The notes under the pieces were generated by a model. That model was given only the letters and a program-made list of their open reading frames with translations. It was not told the origin of the DNA and did no database searches. A DNA stretch of 64,000 nucleotides from the NCBI GenBank assembly GCA_034003985.1, contig JAVEXP010000002.1, positions 80,789-144,788 on the forward strand. Direction: 5' to 3'. Made by a program: the position numbers and the translations under genes. This DNA is from Patescibacteria group bacterium (GTDB lineage: Bacteria; Patescibacteriota; Patescibacteriia; Buchananbacterales; UBA6539). This document shows positions 47,472 to 57,860 of the stretch, piece after piece; positions within the stretch are counted from its first letter, which is position 1, and each line of letters opens with the position of its first letter.

Positions 47472-48231
47472 GAAAATCATTAAACAGCAAATTTTTTTAA
47501 TCAGCAAATTTTTTATTGTTATTAAACTGGTCATCAGAAATCCTAAAAATTATTTTAACCTCACCAAAGAGGAAAAGAGATTATTCGCTGAGCCGTGGTA
47601 CAATGATTTTTCTGACTTAGGGATCAAGACCCAGCAACAAGATAAAAAAGACAAACTTAACCAGAATTGTAAACAAAAGATCATTTTTGGTTTGATTGGC
47701 CAGGCTTTGGACATTGCTGGAAAAGATTCTTTTGGTTTGGACCTTTTTTGTGCCAATGGTTTTTATGCCAATTATTCAGTCCGGCAGGGAGCAGTAAGAA
47801 TTGACGCTTTAGACCTTAATGAATATGAAATTAGCAAGGCTAAATTGATTACCAAGCTTTTGGGGAATTCCGAAAAAATTAATTTTTTGGTCAAAGATGT
47901 TTTTGAAAGCGCTGGCCCTTATGATTTTGCGATTTGCACCGGCGGACTTTATCATATTTCTAACCCCGATAGACTTTTGGTGGATCTTCGGCAGAAAGTG
48001 AAGAAAGCACTGATTATCCAGACAGTCTATTCCTTGGCTAACGAGGATAAAAATTATTTTGAAACCCCGGCTCCTGGCTGGACTTGGGGCTGTCGTTTTA
48101 GCCATAAATTTTTACTAAATATGGTCGAGTCAGCCGGATGGAATATTATCCATTCCGAAGTGAATGTGCTTCGCGGTAATCACAAACCGCAAAGCCAAGG
48201 CTCAGCCTATTTGTTGTGTGTTCCTAAGTAG
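47431..48231 (+). CDS. Class I SAM-dependent methyltransferase
   Basis: LDLFCANGFY, ALDLN, YDFAICTGGLYHISNP; start uncertain. Confidence 0.75.
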   Translation: MMDGIKKIIPPLIKKIIKQQIFLISKFFIVIKLVIRNPKNYFNLTKEEKRLFAEPWYNDFSDLGIKTQQQDKKDKLNQNCKQKIIFGLIGQALDIAGKDSFGLDLFCANGFYANYSVRQGAVRIDALDLNEYEISKAKLITKLLGNSEKINFLVKDVFESAGPYDFAICTGGLYHISNPDRLLVDLRQKVKKALIIQTVYSLANEDKNYFETPAPGWTWGCRFSHKFLLNMVESAGWNIIHSEVNVLRGNHKPQSQGSAYLLCVPK

Positions 48232-48233
48232 TT

Positions 48234-49019
48234 ATGAAACCAGTTGTCATCGCCGTACCATACTATAAAAATGAATTAAGCCCTGACGAGCAAATATCTT
48301 TGAATCATTTGGAAAAATATCTTGGGCGCTATGATATTTTTTTGGTTGCTCCCGATGGCTTGCAAATTAATTTGGAAAAATATCCGACCAAAAGATTTCC
48401 GGCTAAATATTTTAAAAGTACTAAATCTTATTCCAAATTATTGCTGTTGGAAAGATTCTATAAGCAGTTTAGCGATTACGAATATCTTTTGATTTACCAG
48501 CTTGATTGCTTGGTTTTTTCCGATCAATTGTTGGACTGGTGCCAGCGCGGTGATGATTATATCGGCGCTCCTTGGTTCAAGAGTCAGATGATTAAGCGGT
48601 ATGATTATCCCGATGCCTGCGGCAATGGCGGTTTTTCTTTACGCCGAATTGATAAGGCAATTGAGGTAATTGAAAAAAGCAAATTGCCGTTTTGGAAAAT
48701 TATCAGCCAAAGCTTTCAAACTATTGCCGAAATTCCGTCCTTAAATCCCAAATCAATTTTAAAAGCTATAAAATTGGCATGGAGTAAGTCTGCCGCCTGG
48801 CGAACATTATTAAACGAGGACCGTTATTGGTCTTTTGAAGCCCAAAAAATAGTTGCTGATTTCAAAATTCCGGATGTCGATACTGCTTTGCGGTTTGCTT
48901 TTGAAATCGGCCCTCGGTATTGTTTTGAACGCAATCATCGTCAGCTACCGTTTGGTTGTCACGGCTGGATGAAATATGATCGCAATTTTTGGCTGCCTTA
49001 TATAATAAAAAATAATTAA
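48234..49019 (+). CDS. DUF5672-like putative glycosyltransferase
   Basis: [30 protein letters not shown]. Confidence 0.8.
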   Translation: MKPVVIAVPYYKNELSPDEQISLNHLEKYLGRYDIFLVAPDGLQINLEKYPTKRFPAKYFKSTKSYSKLLLLERFYKQFSDYEYLLIYQLDCLVFSDQLLDWCQRGDDYIGAPWFKSQMIKRYDYPDACGNGGFSLRRIDKAIEVIEKSKLPFWKIISQSFQTIAEIPSLNPKSILKAIKLAWSKSAAWRTLLNEDRYWSFEAQKIVADFKIPDVDTALRFAFEIGPRYCFERNHRQLPFGCHGWMKYDRNFWLPYIIKNN

Positions 49020-49029
49020 CTTAATAATT

Positions 49030-50085
49030 ATGAAAGACAAACAAGCGTTAATTACCGGATCGGGAGGGTTAATTGGTTCAGAGTCAACTAAATTTTTTAT
49101 CAGTCAAGGCTACAAAGTGGTTGGAGTTGATAATGACATGAGAGCTTATTTTTTTGGTTCTGAAGCTTCAACCAAAACTAAAGTGCAGGAATTGCAGAAT
49201 AATTATCCCAATGACTATCAGCATTTCCAGATTGACATTAGAGAGTATAATCAATTGGAAAAAGTTTTTAAAGATAACAATTTTAACATTATTATTCATA
49301 CCGCCGCTCAGCCCAGCCATGATTGGGCGGCCAAAGAACCCTTGACTGATTTTGGTGTTAATGCTTTAGGAACTCTTAATATGTTGGAGCTTGCCCGGCA
49401 GTACTGTTCAGAGGCGACTTTTATTTTTACTTCCACCAATAAAGTCTATGGCGATACCCCCAATTATTTGCCTTTGGTTGAATTGGAAAAGCGTTATGAA
49501 ATCGCTAAGGACCATAAATATTACCGGGGAATAGATGAGACGATGTCAATTGATCAAAGCAAGCATAGTATTTTTGGCGCTTCCAAAGTGGCCGCTGATG
49601 TAATGGTTCAGGAATATGGCCGCTATTTTAATATGCCCACCGCCGTTTTCCGTGGCGGTTGCTTGACTGGGCCGGCTCATAGCGCCGCCGAATTGCACGG
49701 TTTTTTGGCTTACTTGATCAAGTGTATCGCCAGCGGCAAAGAATACACTATTTTTGGCTACAAGGGTAAGCAGGTTAGGGACAATATTCATTCTTACGAT
49801 TTGGTTAATATGTTTTGGCATTTTCACCAGAAACCTCGTCCCGGTGAAGTTTATAATGCCGGCGGGTCTCGCCATTCCAATGTTTCAATGCTTGAAGCGA
49901 TCGAAAAAATTGAAACCGCTTTGGGTCGCAAGGCCAACTATGCTTATTCGGAACAAAACCGGATTGGCGATCATATTTGGTATATTTCCGATGTCTTTAA
50001 ATTTCAGCAGCATTACCCTGATTGGCAATATAAATATGACATCAACGCGATTATTGATGAAATGTGTCGGGCCGTCAGGAACTAG
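49030..50085 (+). CDS. NDP-sugar epimerase (CDP-paratose 2-epimerase/RfbE-like SDR)
   Basis: [37 protein letters not shown]. Confidence 0.85.
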   Translation: MKDKQALITGSGGLIGSESTKFFISQGYKVVGVDNDMRAYFFGSEASTKTKVQELQNNYPNDYQHFQIDIREYNQLEKVFKDNNFNIIIHTAAQPSHDWAAKEPLTDFGVNALGTLNMLELARQYCSEATFIFTSTNKVYGDTPNYLPLVELEKRYEIAKDHKYYRGIDETMSIDQSKHSIFGASKVAADVMVQEYGRYFNMPTAVFRGGCLTGPAHSAAELHGFLAYLIKCIASGKEYTIFGYKGKQVRDNIHSYDLVNMFWHFHQKPRPGEVYNAGGSRHSNVSMLEAIEKIETALGRKANYAYSEQNRIGDHIWYISDVFKFQQHYPDWQYKYDINAIIDEMCRAVRN

Positions 50086-51113
50086 TTTTTAGCCGAGAAG
50101 ATTTCCTGGTAGGATTGGAGGTGGCTTTGGTACGAGAAGTTTTGTTTAATAGTTGAGAGGGAATTAGCGCTGATAGTTTGAGCTAGTTTTCGATCTCGGA
50201 TGATTTCAGTGATTTCCTTGATCCAATCTTGAGTATCGGCGGCCAGAAAACCATTCTGGCCGTTTTTAATAAAGTGTTTGGCTTCCCCGACATTACTGAC
50301 AATTGTTGGAATGCCATGCTGCATATATTCATAGGTCTTTAAGGGACATTTTCCTTCTTCCCATTGGCTTTGGATCAAGGGGGTTAGGGCAACATCGAAT
50401 CTGACCAACTGGTCGCCAACTTCTTCAGGCTTTAGCCAGTCGATTATTTCTTTTTTTAATCCGGGAATATTAAATAGTTCATAAACCGGCCTATGGCCTT
50501 TGGCACCAATTAGAATTAATTTAAAATCAATGTTTTGGGTAAGCAATCCCTCGATTACCGGTTTGATGATTTCGAGATTGCGGAAGTGAATCTTGCCGTC
50601 GCCGATCCAGCCGATATTGTAAATTGGTTTTTCTTCAAAATCATTTTTGATTGCCTCGGTGTTTTCGGTATCCACTAGCATTGGAATAATTTTGGTATTT
50701 TTATTTATTTTGACGGCATAGTCGTAAAGAAAATGTCCGCCCACCACCACTGATGTCGCCAGTTTGGTCAAGATATAAGTTTTGACGGGGGAGTGCAGGA
50801 AGATAGGGTCGTCAAAATCAAAAATGTATTTTTTTCTTAAAATAAGGCGAAAAAATATAACGATTATTATAAAGTCCAACTGGTAGACGGGCCGATGGAG
50901 GTATAGGGTGTCTTCTTTTTTTAGGCCGCTTAAAATTTTGATATTTTGAATTGCTTCTTTGAATCTTTCAATTGATAAATTCCACCAGGGCCGATGGGTC
51001 GGTACGAAAATTTTTGATTGATAGCCAAAATTTTCAAGATATTTGGCTAAATAAAAAATCCGCCGGCGCGAGCTGGGGACATCTTCGGATCCTTTGGTAA
51101 AAAAATAGATCAT
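50082..51113 (-). CDS. Glycosyltransferase family 4
   Basis: [29 protein letters not shown]. Confidence 0.88.
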   Translation of the reverse strand: MIYFFTKGSEDVPSSRRRIFYLAKYLENFGYQSKIFVPTHRPWWNLSIERFKEAIQNIKILSGLKKEDTLYLHRPVYQLDFIIIVIFFRLILRKKYIFDFDDPIFLHSPVKTYILTKLATSVVVGGHFLYDYAVKINKNTKIIPMLVDTENTEAIKNDFEEKPIYNIGWIGDGKIHFRNLEIIKPVIEGLLTQNIDFKLILIGAKGHRPVYELFNIPGLKKEIIDWLKPEEVGDQLVRFDVALTPLIQSQWEEGKCPLKTYEYMQHGIPTIVSNVGEAKHFIKNGQNGFLAADTQDWIKEITEIIRDRKLAQTISANSLSTIKQNFSYQSHLQSYQEIFSAKN

Positions 51114-51129
51114 TTTTTAATTGATTTTT

Positions 51130-52521
51130 TTAACATCCCTTTCGGGCCAAGACGATTTTAATGGTTTTTAAGATAATGCTAATATCAAGAGCCAGTGACC
51201 GGTTTTTAATGTAATACAAATCATACTGTAATTTTTCTAGACTTTCTTCTTTGCTGCCGCCATAAGCCGGACCGACCACTTGGGCCCAGCCGGTCAATCC
51301 TGGTTTGGTTAATAATCTTTCTTTGTAAAACGGAATTTCTTGTTGAAGCTGTTCAATAAATTCCGGCCGTTCCGGTCGTGGTCCGATGAGACTCATCTCT
51401 CCGCGCAAAACATTAATCAACTGAGGGATCTCGTCAATTCTGGTTTGGCGCAAAAACTTCCCCAATCTGGTAACTCGGGGGTCGTTTTTAACCGCCCATT
51501 GGGCGCCGTTAACTTCGGCGTTTTGCACCATAGTTCGGAATTTAATTGCCAAAAAATTCTTGCCCAATTTTCCAGTCCGAATTTGAGTAAAAAAGATTGG
51601 GCCGCGGCTATCGATTTTTATGGCTAAAATGATTAATGGTATAAATGGCAAACTCAGTAGCAGCATAATAATTGATAGACCAATATCACTTATTTGTTTG
51701 AAATATTCATACGATTTTTTATTACCCTCGCTTAAATTTTCTAACAGCCAAATTTGCTCAATGGTGTTAACCGGAATTTTGCCCATAATTTTTTCGTAGA
51801 AACTGGCAATCTCAAAAAAATTAATTTTTAAAGGCAGACATTCAAATAGGCTTTGGGAAAGCAGATTGTCCCCGCGGGGATTGGTGATTGAAACAATGAT
51901 GTCAACTTTTTTTTGTTCACAAATATTTTTTAATTCGCCAATTTGCCGATTGATGATCAGTGGTTGAAATTTCTGTGGTATTTCTTCATTTGGTTCGCTT
52001 AAAATAGCGACCAGTTGCAGTCCTAAGTGAGGATTTTTGTCGATTTTATCAATTATTTCTTTAGCCAAGCTGTTGAAGCCGATGATTATTACCCGATTGG
52101 CAATCTTGGAAGATTTGGTCAGGCCTAAAAAAACCAAATGCCAAAGATATATTAAAATTGAAGCTAAGATGATATTAATCGCTAATACCGTCTGGGGTTT
52201 GATGGTGAACAATCGGTTTTGGCCTAGATAGAAAAAGACTATCGATAGACCCGAGCCGATTGCCATTGTTCTTAGCAGCTTAACCAGCAATCCGAGCTTA
52301 CCCTGGGTGAAGTTTAGTTCATAGATGTCATCAATATAAGAAATAATCAGCCAGATTAAAAATACGACCGTAAAAGGCACTAGGTGTTGTGACCATAAGT
52401 TGGTTGTAAAGTCTTGGCCATAACGGATAATCAGGGTTAGATATAAAGAAAAATAGAGGATTATAATATCCCCGGCAATCAGCAAATATTTCTTTGTTCC
52501 AAAAAGCGAGTTTTTTGCCAT
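51130..52521 (-). CDS. Polyprenyl-phosphate glycosyl-1-phosphate (priming) transferase, WcaJ/WbaP-like
   Basis: TMs, KFRTM, DPRVTRLGKFLRQTRIDEIPQL, MSLIGPRPE, KPGLTGWAQV, YDLYY. Confidence 0.93.
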   Translation of the reverse strand: MAKNSLFGTKKYLLIAGDIIILYFSLYLTLIIRYGQDFTTNLWSQHLVPFTVVFLIWLIISYIDDIYELNFTQGKLGLLVKLLRTMAIGSGLSIVFFYLGQNRLFTIKPQTVLAINIILASILIYLWHLVFLGLTKSSKIANRVIIIGFNSLAKEIIDKIDKNPHLGLQLVAILSEPNEEIPQKFQPLIINRQIGELKNICEQKKVDIIVSITNPRGDNLLSQSLFECLPLKINFFEIASFYEKIMGKIPVNTIEQIWLLENLSEGNKKSYEYFKQISDIGLSIIMLLLSLPFIPLIILAIKIDSRGPIFFTQIRTGKLGKNFLAIKFRTMVQNAEVNGAQWAVKNDPRVTRLGKFLRQTRIDEIPQLINVLRGEMSLIGPRPERPEFIEQLQQEIPFYKERLLTKPGLTGWAQVVGPAYGGSKEESLEKLQYDLYYIKNRSLALDISIILKTIKIVLARKGC

Positions 52522-52545
52522 AATTTTTAGAAAAATTATAGCTAG

Positions 52546-52611
52546 ATTATAGTAAATTTTACAGAATTAGTCAATTTGACGGTTGCCTGATTATTTGGGC
52601 TTTGCTATAAT
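52546..52611. promoter_or_regulatory. Back-to-back sigma70 promoters
   Basis: Minus: TTGACT(52574-52569)-17-TATAAT(52551-52546). Plus: TTGCCT(52583-52588)-17-TATAAT(52606-52611). Confidence 0.75.
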
Positions 52612-52643
52612 TAATTTGCTTTATAATAACATTTTTTTAACTT

Positions 52644-55097
52644 ATGGAAGCCAGGCTATCCAATTATCTCCTTAAATTTTTGAAAATTGGGGTATTTGTG
52701 ACTCTATTTTTACCCTTAGTGATGAACAGCCATTTTTTCTTTCCCTTTATTGTTTTTAAAAATGTTTTATTCCATATTGCTGTTGAAGTGATGTTTGTGG
52801 CCTATTTATTTTTGGCCAGCATTAACCCTCGTTTTCGTCCCAGATTAGACAAACTCACCATTGCATTGGTGGCTTTTTTTGTCATTTATGTTATGGCGGG
52901 AATATTTGGTATTGGGATTTACAGTAGCTTCTGGGGTAATTACGAAAGAATGTCGGGAATTTTTCACATGTTTCACTTGGTCTTGTATTTTTTGGTGGTG
53001 GCCAATGTTTTTAAAGTCAAAGAAGATTGGCATGCCTTTTTTACTTTTTCAATTTTTGCCAGTTTGCTGATGAGTTTTTTGGGTCTGGCCCAATGGTTGA
53101 AAATTCCTTTTTTGCTGGAATCTTCCGGCGGCAGCCGGTTATCCGGAACAGTTGGTAATGCCACTTTTTTGGCCGCTTATCTGATTTTTAATTTATTTTT
53201 TATTTTATATTTTTGGGCCAAAGAGGAAAGATTCAATTTGAAGCTTTTCGCCGTCAGTTTTTTAAGTTTTGACATTTTTTTGGTTCTGAGTTCAATTTTA
53301 AACAAGCTATTTATTACCAGCGATTGGGGACTTTTAAATATTTTTAAAATTCCAATTTTGATTGAAGGTTTTGATTACCCTAAAATTTGGGTGGCTTATT
53401 TGGTATTTCAGGCTTTAATTCTGGCGGTTTGGCTGCTGCGAACCAAGATCAACGCCGTTCGAGTGTTGTTGTCGGCCATTCTGTTGTTGGATTTTTTCAT
53501 TTTTTTCAATACCCAGACCCGCGGCGCAATCATTGGTTTTGTTTTAGGGGTTGGATTTTTGGCCGTTGCCGGATTGGTCTTTAGCCGCGACAAAAAAATT
53601 AAAGCCGCTGTTGCCGGATTTTTATTATTGGCGGTGATTTCACCCTTTATTCTATTGGCCGCCAAAGATACCAGTTTTATCCAAAACAACGGCACTTTAA
53701 GCCGACTGGCCAATATTTCCAAATCGGATTTGACTACCGAGTCGCGCTTGTTGACCTGGCAGGCCAGTTGGCGAGGTTGGTCGGAAAACTCCAAATCTTT
53801 TTTGATTGGTTATGGTCCGGAAAATTATTACTATGCTTTTAACAAGTATTTCCCGACGGCTATTTACAAAGATGCCGGTTCACGGATTTGGTTTGATCGG
53901 GCCCATAATATTATTTTTGATATTGGAGTTACCACTGGCATTATCGGTTTGGTGAGCTATCTGAGCATTTTGGCTTTGGCCGCTTATTATCTGGTTGCCG
54001 CGTACCGTCAAGTTAAGGAAATTAGTTCCAGCTGGTTATTTGTCGGCTTGCTGATTGCCTATTTCATTCAGAATTTTTTTGTTTTTGATACGATTAATAC
54101 CGAGATCCCGTTCTTTTTGTTTTTAGGTTTTATTGTTTTTCAATATTTTGAGGCGTACTCATCTCAAAATTCGTCTGCCACGAATTATCGGGAGATAAAT
54201 TATATTTATCTTGCCACTTTGGCGGTGGTTTTATTGTTTGGCGTTTTGGCTGTCAATGTTCGGGTGCTTAAATCCAATAATTACATTTTTAAAGCCTTGA
54301 CTGGCAACGGCGATGTCCAAATCGCTTTTGATTATTTCAAACAGGCCATTGATCAATCTCTGACCGGTCGGTTTGAGGCTCGGCAACAAATCGCTGATTT
54401 TGCCAATCGGCTGTTGACCAACCAGAGCGTTAATAATAACAAAAAATCAGAGATTATTAGTTTTGCCGGTTTGGAACTGAAAAAAAGCATTGACGAAGAA
54501 CCACTGAATGTTCGCCATTACATTTTTTTGGCCAATTTTCGGAATTCCACGGCCGCGGCTAATATTCAAGCGGTTCAAGAGGCAGCTGATTTAATGTCTC
54601 AAGCCATTGAATTAAGTCCCAATAGACCTCATGTCTATTCCGAGTTGGCCAAGGCTGAAGTTTTGCTCGGTAATTTTGAAGCAGGGGAGAAGTGGTTTAA
54701 ACAGTCCGCCGCGCTGGCACCTTGGGTAATTGATGTTCACTGGAATTTGTTGACCGTTTATATCATGTTTGAAAAGTATGATTTGGCTGATGAATACATG
54801 GAGTACATGAAACAGGAGCTTGACTGGCAGCCTGGCGTTCAGGACTATGGCCGGTTGGTTGATTTGTACGCCCGCGTTAAAAATTACAACCGGATGCTTG
54901 AAGCTCAACTTTTAAAGATTGAAATTGAATCAACGGCCGATAACTATGCTCAGCTGGCCGCCATTCATGCCAAGCTTGGTCAAAACGAACAAGCCCGCCA
55001 GGCTACTCAAAGGGCTGTTGAAATAAACCCAGAATTTTCCGGTCAGGCCCAACAATTTTTACAACTTCTGGATCAGGGGGAATTATTAGATAAATAA
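52644..55097 (+). CDS. O-antigen-ligase-family (Wzy_C) protein with C-terminal TPRs; probable protein O-oligosaccharyltransferase
   Basis: RLSGTVGNATFLA, TQTRGA, SRLLTW, GYGPENY, FDRAHN, GIIG; TPR-like C-terminus. Confidence 0.85.
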   Translation: MEARLSNYLLKFLKIGVFVTLFLPLVMNSHFFFPFIVFKNVLFHIAVEVMFVAYLFLASINPRFRPRLDKLTIALVAFFVIYVMAGIFGIGIYSSFWGNYERMSGIFHMFHLVLYFLVVANVFKVKEDWHAFFTFSIFASLLMSFLGLAQWLKIPFLLESSGGSRLSGTVGNATFLAAYLIFNLFFILYFWAKEERFNLKLFAVSFLSFDIFLVLSSILNKLFITSDWGLLNIFKIPILIEGFDYPKIWVAYLVFQALILAVWLLRTKINAVRVLLSAILLLDFFIFFNTQTRGAIIGFVLGVGFLAVAGLVFSRDKKIKAAVAGFLLLAVISPFILLAAKDTSFIQNNGTLSRLANISKSDLTTESRLLTWQASWRGWSENSKSFLIGYGPENYYYAFNKYFPTAIYKDAGSRIWFDRAHNIIFDIGVTTGIIGLVSYLSILALAAYYLVAAYRQVKEISSSWLFVGLLIAYFIQNFFVFDTINTEIPFFLFLGFIVFQYFEAYSSQNSSATNYREINYIYLATLAVVLLFGVLAVNVRVLKSNNYIFKALTGNGDVQIAFDYFKQAIDQSLTGRFEARQQIADFANRLLTNQSVNNNKKSEIISFAGLELKKSIDEEPLNVRHYIFLANFRNSTAAANIQAVQEAADLMSQAIELSPNRPHVYSELAKAEVLLGNFEAGEKWFKQSAALAPWVIDVHWNLLTVYIMFEKYDLADEYMEYMKQELDWQPGVQDYGRLVDLYARVKNYNRMLEAQLLKIEIESTADNYAQLAAIHAKLGQNEQARQATQRAVEINPEFSGQAQQFLQLLDQGELLDK

Positions 55098-55101
55098 TTT
55101 G

Positions 55102-57363
55102 ATGAGACTGAAAAGAAATTTAATCCCAAGCGTTTTTTTGGTGTTGGCTTTGAGCCTGTCGGCTTGTGTTTTTTATCCGCCGCTATTGGCTCGCGCCTCT
55201 CAGTTGCCTCTTGGCCAGTATCAGCCAGGTGAATTTTTAGTCAGATTTAAAAGTAATCCCAAGGTTTATCGTTTTAAGACAACCCCTGATTTGGACATTG
55301 AGGCTGCCATTGCTAAATATGGCCGTTGGGACTCAGTTGAATTCATTGAACCAAACTATTTGTATCAGGCCGCTGCTTTCCCTAATGATCCAGATTATTC
55401 TTTACAGTGGTACCTGACTGCGGTCAATGCTAAGGAGGCCTGGTCAAAAGAATTGCTTTTGCGCCAGACCAACCCTAATCTCAAAGATCCGATTATTGCC
55501 GTCTTGGATACCGGAGTTTACCTGAATCACCCTGATTTAAAAGATCAGATTTGGACCAACCCCAAAGAAATCGCCAATGATGGGATTGACAATGACCGCA
55601 ACGGTTACATTGATGATGTCTACGGCTGGGATTTTCTTGATGATGATTCTGACCCGAATCCTTCATTCAGCGCAAATTATGATGCCGATGCCGTTAACCA
55701 CGGTACGATTGTTGCCGGTATTGCCGCGGCGGCTAATAACAACTTTCAAGGAATTGCCGGTGTCAGTTGGTCAGGCAAGATTATGCCGTTGCGGGTTTTG
55801 GATAGCCACGGCGGCGGGGAAGTCTACTCGGTAATCCGAGCGGTTGACTATGCCATCGCCAACGGGGCTGATGTTATCAACATGAGTTTTGTCGGCGATG
55901 ATTTTAGCCAGGCGTTGTTTGATGCCGTGCTTAAGGCTTATAACCATAATGTTATTGTCGTGGCGGCGGCCGGCAACACTAATCCCGGCGTCAATGGCGT
56001 TGATTTGGATGTTGCCAAATCATACCCGGTTTGTTTTCAGGGACCCCAGGGTGAAAATATGATTATTGGGGTCGCGTCGATCGGCAAAAATTTGGTTAAG
56101 TCGCCGTTTTCCAATTATGGCAGCTGTATTGATTTAGTTGCTCCGGGCGAAAGTTTTTATGCCACCCAGGTCAAACAATCCGGCATTTCCGGGTTTGAGA
56201 ATTATTACAACGGCTATTGGTCCGGTACTTCCTTGTCAACGCCGATTGTTAGTGCCGTTTTGGCTACCGTTAAGTCACTTAACCCTTTGGCCACTATTGA
56301 CCAAATTCAGTCGGTGGTCTTGAAGGCCACTAAAGATGTTTATTCTTATAACAGTATTTATCGCGATAAATTAGGTTATGGTCTAGTTGATTTCTATAAA
56401 GCCATTAATACTTCGTTGGCCAAAACCAATCCGGTTTCTCAAACCAATCAGAATCATTATATTTTGGCGGGGCTTGGTTACGGCTCTTTTCCGCAATTAA
56501 AGCTCCTTGCTTCAGACGATGGTCGGGAGTTCAAATCATTTTTTGCTTACAGTCCTTATTTTAACGGCGCTGTCAGGGTGGCATCCGGTGATTTGAATGG
56601 CGATGGTCAGCCCGAAGTGATTACCGGCACCGGCATCGGTGGTGGCCCGCATGTCAGAATTTTTGATATCAATGGCAAATTGATCTCGCAATTTTTTGCC
56701 TACGCCAAAGATTTTCGCGGTGGGGTTAATATTGCGACTGCCGATTTGGATAATGACGGCAAAGCCGAAATCATTACCGGCCCGGGTCCAGGTATTGAGC
56801 CGGAAGTCAAAGTGTTTGATTTGAATGGTAATCAGAAGCTTGGTTTCCTGGCCTATGGTCAAAATTTTTTGGGTGGGGTTAAAGTTGCCGCTGGTGATGT
56901 TGACGGTGACGGTCGTGACAACATTGTTGTTGGCGCTGGGAACGGCGGCGGTCCGCATGTTCGGATTTTTGAATATAACGGTAAATTACTGTCGCAATTT
57001 TTTGCTTACAACAGTGATTTCCATGGTGGGGTGAATGTTGCCGTTGGTGATTTCCATGGCGACGGTAAAGCGGAAATTGTCGTCAGTATTGAAAAAGATT
57101 CTTTGCCCACCGTCAGAGTGTTTAATTATCAGGGCATTAAACTTTCCGATTTTTTCGCTTTTGAATTTGATTTTCTAAAAGGTGTGGAGGTCGCAGTTGG
57201 CGATGTTACCGGCGACGGCCTGGCCGAAATCATCGCCGGAAAAGCTCAAGGTGGAGCGCCCTTAATTAAAATTTTTAATATTAACGGTAAGTTGAAATCC
57301 GAATTTTTTGCCCACAGTAAGGGTTATACCGGTGGCGTTAGAACCGCGGTTATTAGTTTTTAG
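55102..57363 (+). CDS. Secreted S8 subtilase with C-terminal FG-GAP-like repeats
   Basis: Signal peptide, VLDTG, NHGTIVAG, AAAGN, SGTS intact; repeated GD.DGDG..EI..G.G.GGGPHVRIF units. Confidence 0.92.
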   Translation: MRLKRNLIPSVFLVLALSLSACVFYPPLLARASQLPLGQYQPGEFLVRFKSNPKVYRFKTTPDLDIEAAIAKYGRWDSVEFIEPNYLYQAAAFPNDPDYSLQWYLTAVNAKEAWSKELLLRQTNPNLKDPIIAVLDTGVYLNHPDLKDQIWTNPKEIANDGIDNDRNGYIDDVYGWDFLDDDSDPNPSFSANYDADAVNHGTIVAGIAAAANNNFQGIAGVSWSGKIMPLRVLDSHGGGEVYSVIRAVDYAIANGADVINMSFVGDDFSQALFDAVLKAYNHNVIVVAAAGNTNPGVNGVDLDVAKSYPVCFQGPQGENMIIGVASIGKNLVKSPFSNYGSCIDLVAPGESFYATQVKQSGISGFENYYNGYWSGTSLSTPIVSAVLATVKSLNPLATIDQIQSVVLKATKDVYSYNSIYRDKLGYGLVDFYKAINTSLAKTNPVSQTNQNHYILAGLGYGSFPQLKLLASDDGREFKSFFAYSPYFNGAVRVASGDLNGDGQPEVITGTGIGGGPHVRIFDINGKLISQFFAYAKDFRGGVNIATADLDNDGKAEIITGPGPGIEPEVKVFDLNGNQKLGFLAYGQNFLGGVKVAAGDVDGDGRDNIVVGAGNGGGPHVRIFEYNGKLLSQFFAYNSDFHGGVNVAVGDFHGDGKAEIVVSIEKDSLPTVRVFNYQGIKLSDFFAFEFDFLKGVEVAVGDVTGDGLAEIIAGKAQGGAPLIKIFNINGKLKSEFFAHSKGYTGGVRTAVISF
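56520..57350 (+). repeat. Intragenic FG-GAP-like repeats (about 5-6 units of ~51 aa)
   Basis: Recurring FFAY...F.GGV.VA.GD..GDG..EI motif. Confidence 0.8.
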
Positions 57364-57365
57364 CT

Positions 57366-57815
57366 ATGTTTTTTGATTTTATTAAGCGTCAAGTTTTCAT
57401 CCGGCAGTTTGTTAAATTTTGTGTTGTCGGCGGTTTGGCCGCCGTTATTAATTTTATTTTACTTTATGCTTTAACGGAATGGTTTGGGATCTGGTATGTG
57501 ATTTCTTCGGCCTTCGGCGGGGTGATTTCGGCAATTTGGAATTTTTTGGCCAATAAGTTTTGGACTTTTCGCAACCGCGACCGCGGGCGTCAGGCTTTGG
57601 AGCAGATGTTTAAGTTCATCGTGGTAATCGGCAGCGGGGTAGTGGTTAATACTTTACTGGTCTATTTGTTCACCGATTTCGGCGGACTTGATTATCGTTG
57701 GTCTTGGGTTTTGGCCACTGGCGTTGTTACTTTTTGGAATTTTGGGTTTAACCGGTTTTGGACCTTTGGCGCCAAATCGGGGATTGATCCAAAGTTGCTT
57801 TCCGGTTCTTTTTAG
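57366..57815 (+). CDS. GtrA-family flippase-like protein
   Basis: QFVKFCVVG, WNFLANKFWTF, WNFGFNRFWTF. Confidence 0.9.
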   Translation: MFFDFIKRQVFIRQFVKFCVVGGLAAVINFILLYALTEWFGIWYVISSAFGGVISAIWNFLANKFWTFRNRDRGRQALEQMFKFIVVIGSGVVVNTLLVYLFTDFGGLDYRWSWVLATGVVTFWNFGFNRFWTFGAKSGIDPKLLSGSF

Positions 57816-57860
57816 GTTATAATATATTAAAGTTTTGGGATTAAAATATAATTTAAAGTT

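Noticed and set aside
56520-57350. Regularly spaced repeats as a CRISPR array or DGR
   Set aside because: They are degenerate in-frame protein repeats (FG-GAP-like) in the subtilase; no cas or reverse transcriptase genes seen anywhere in the window.
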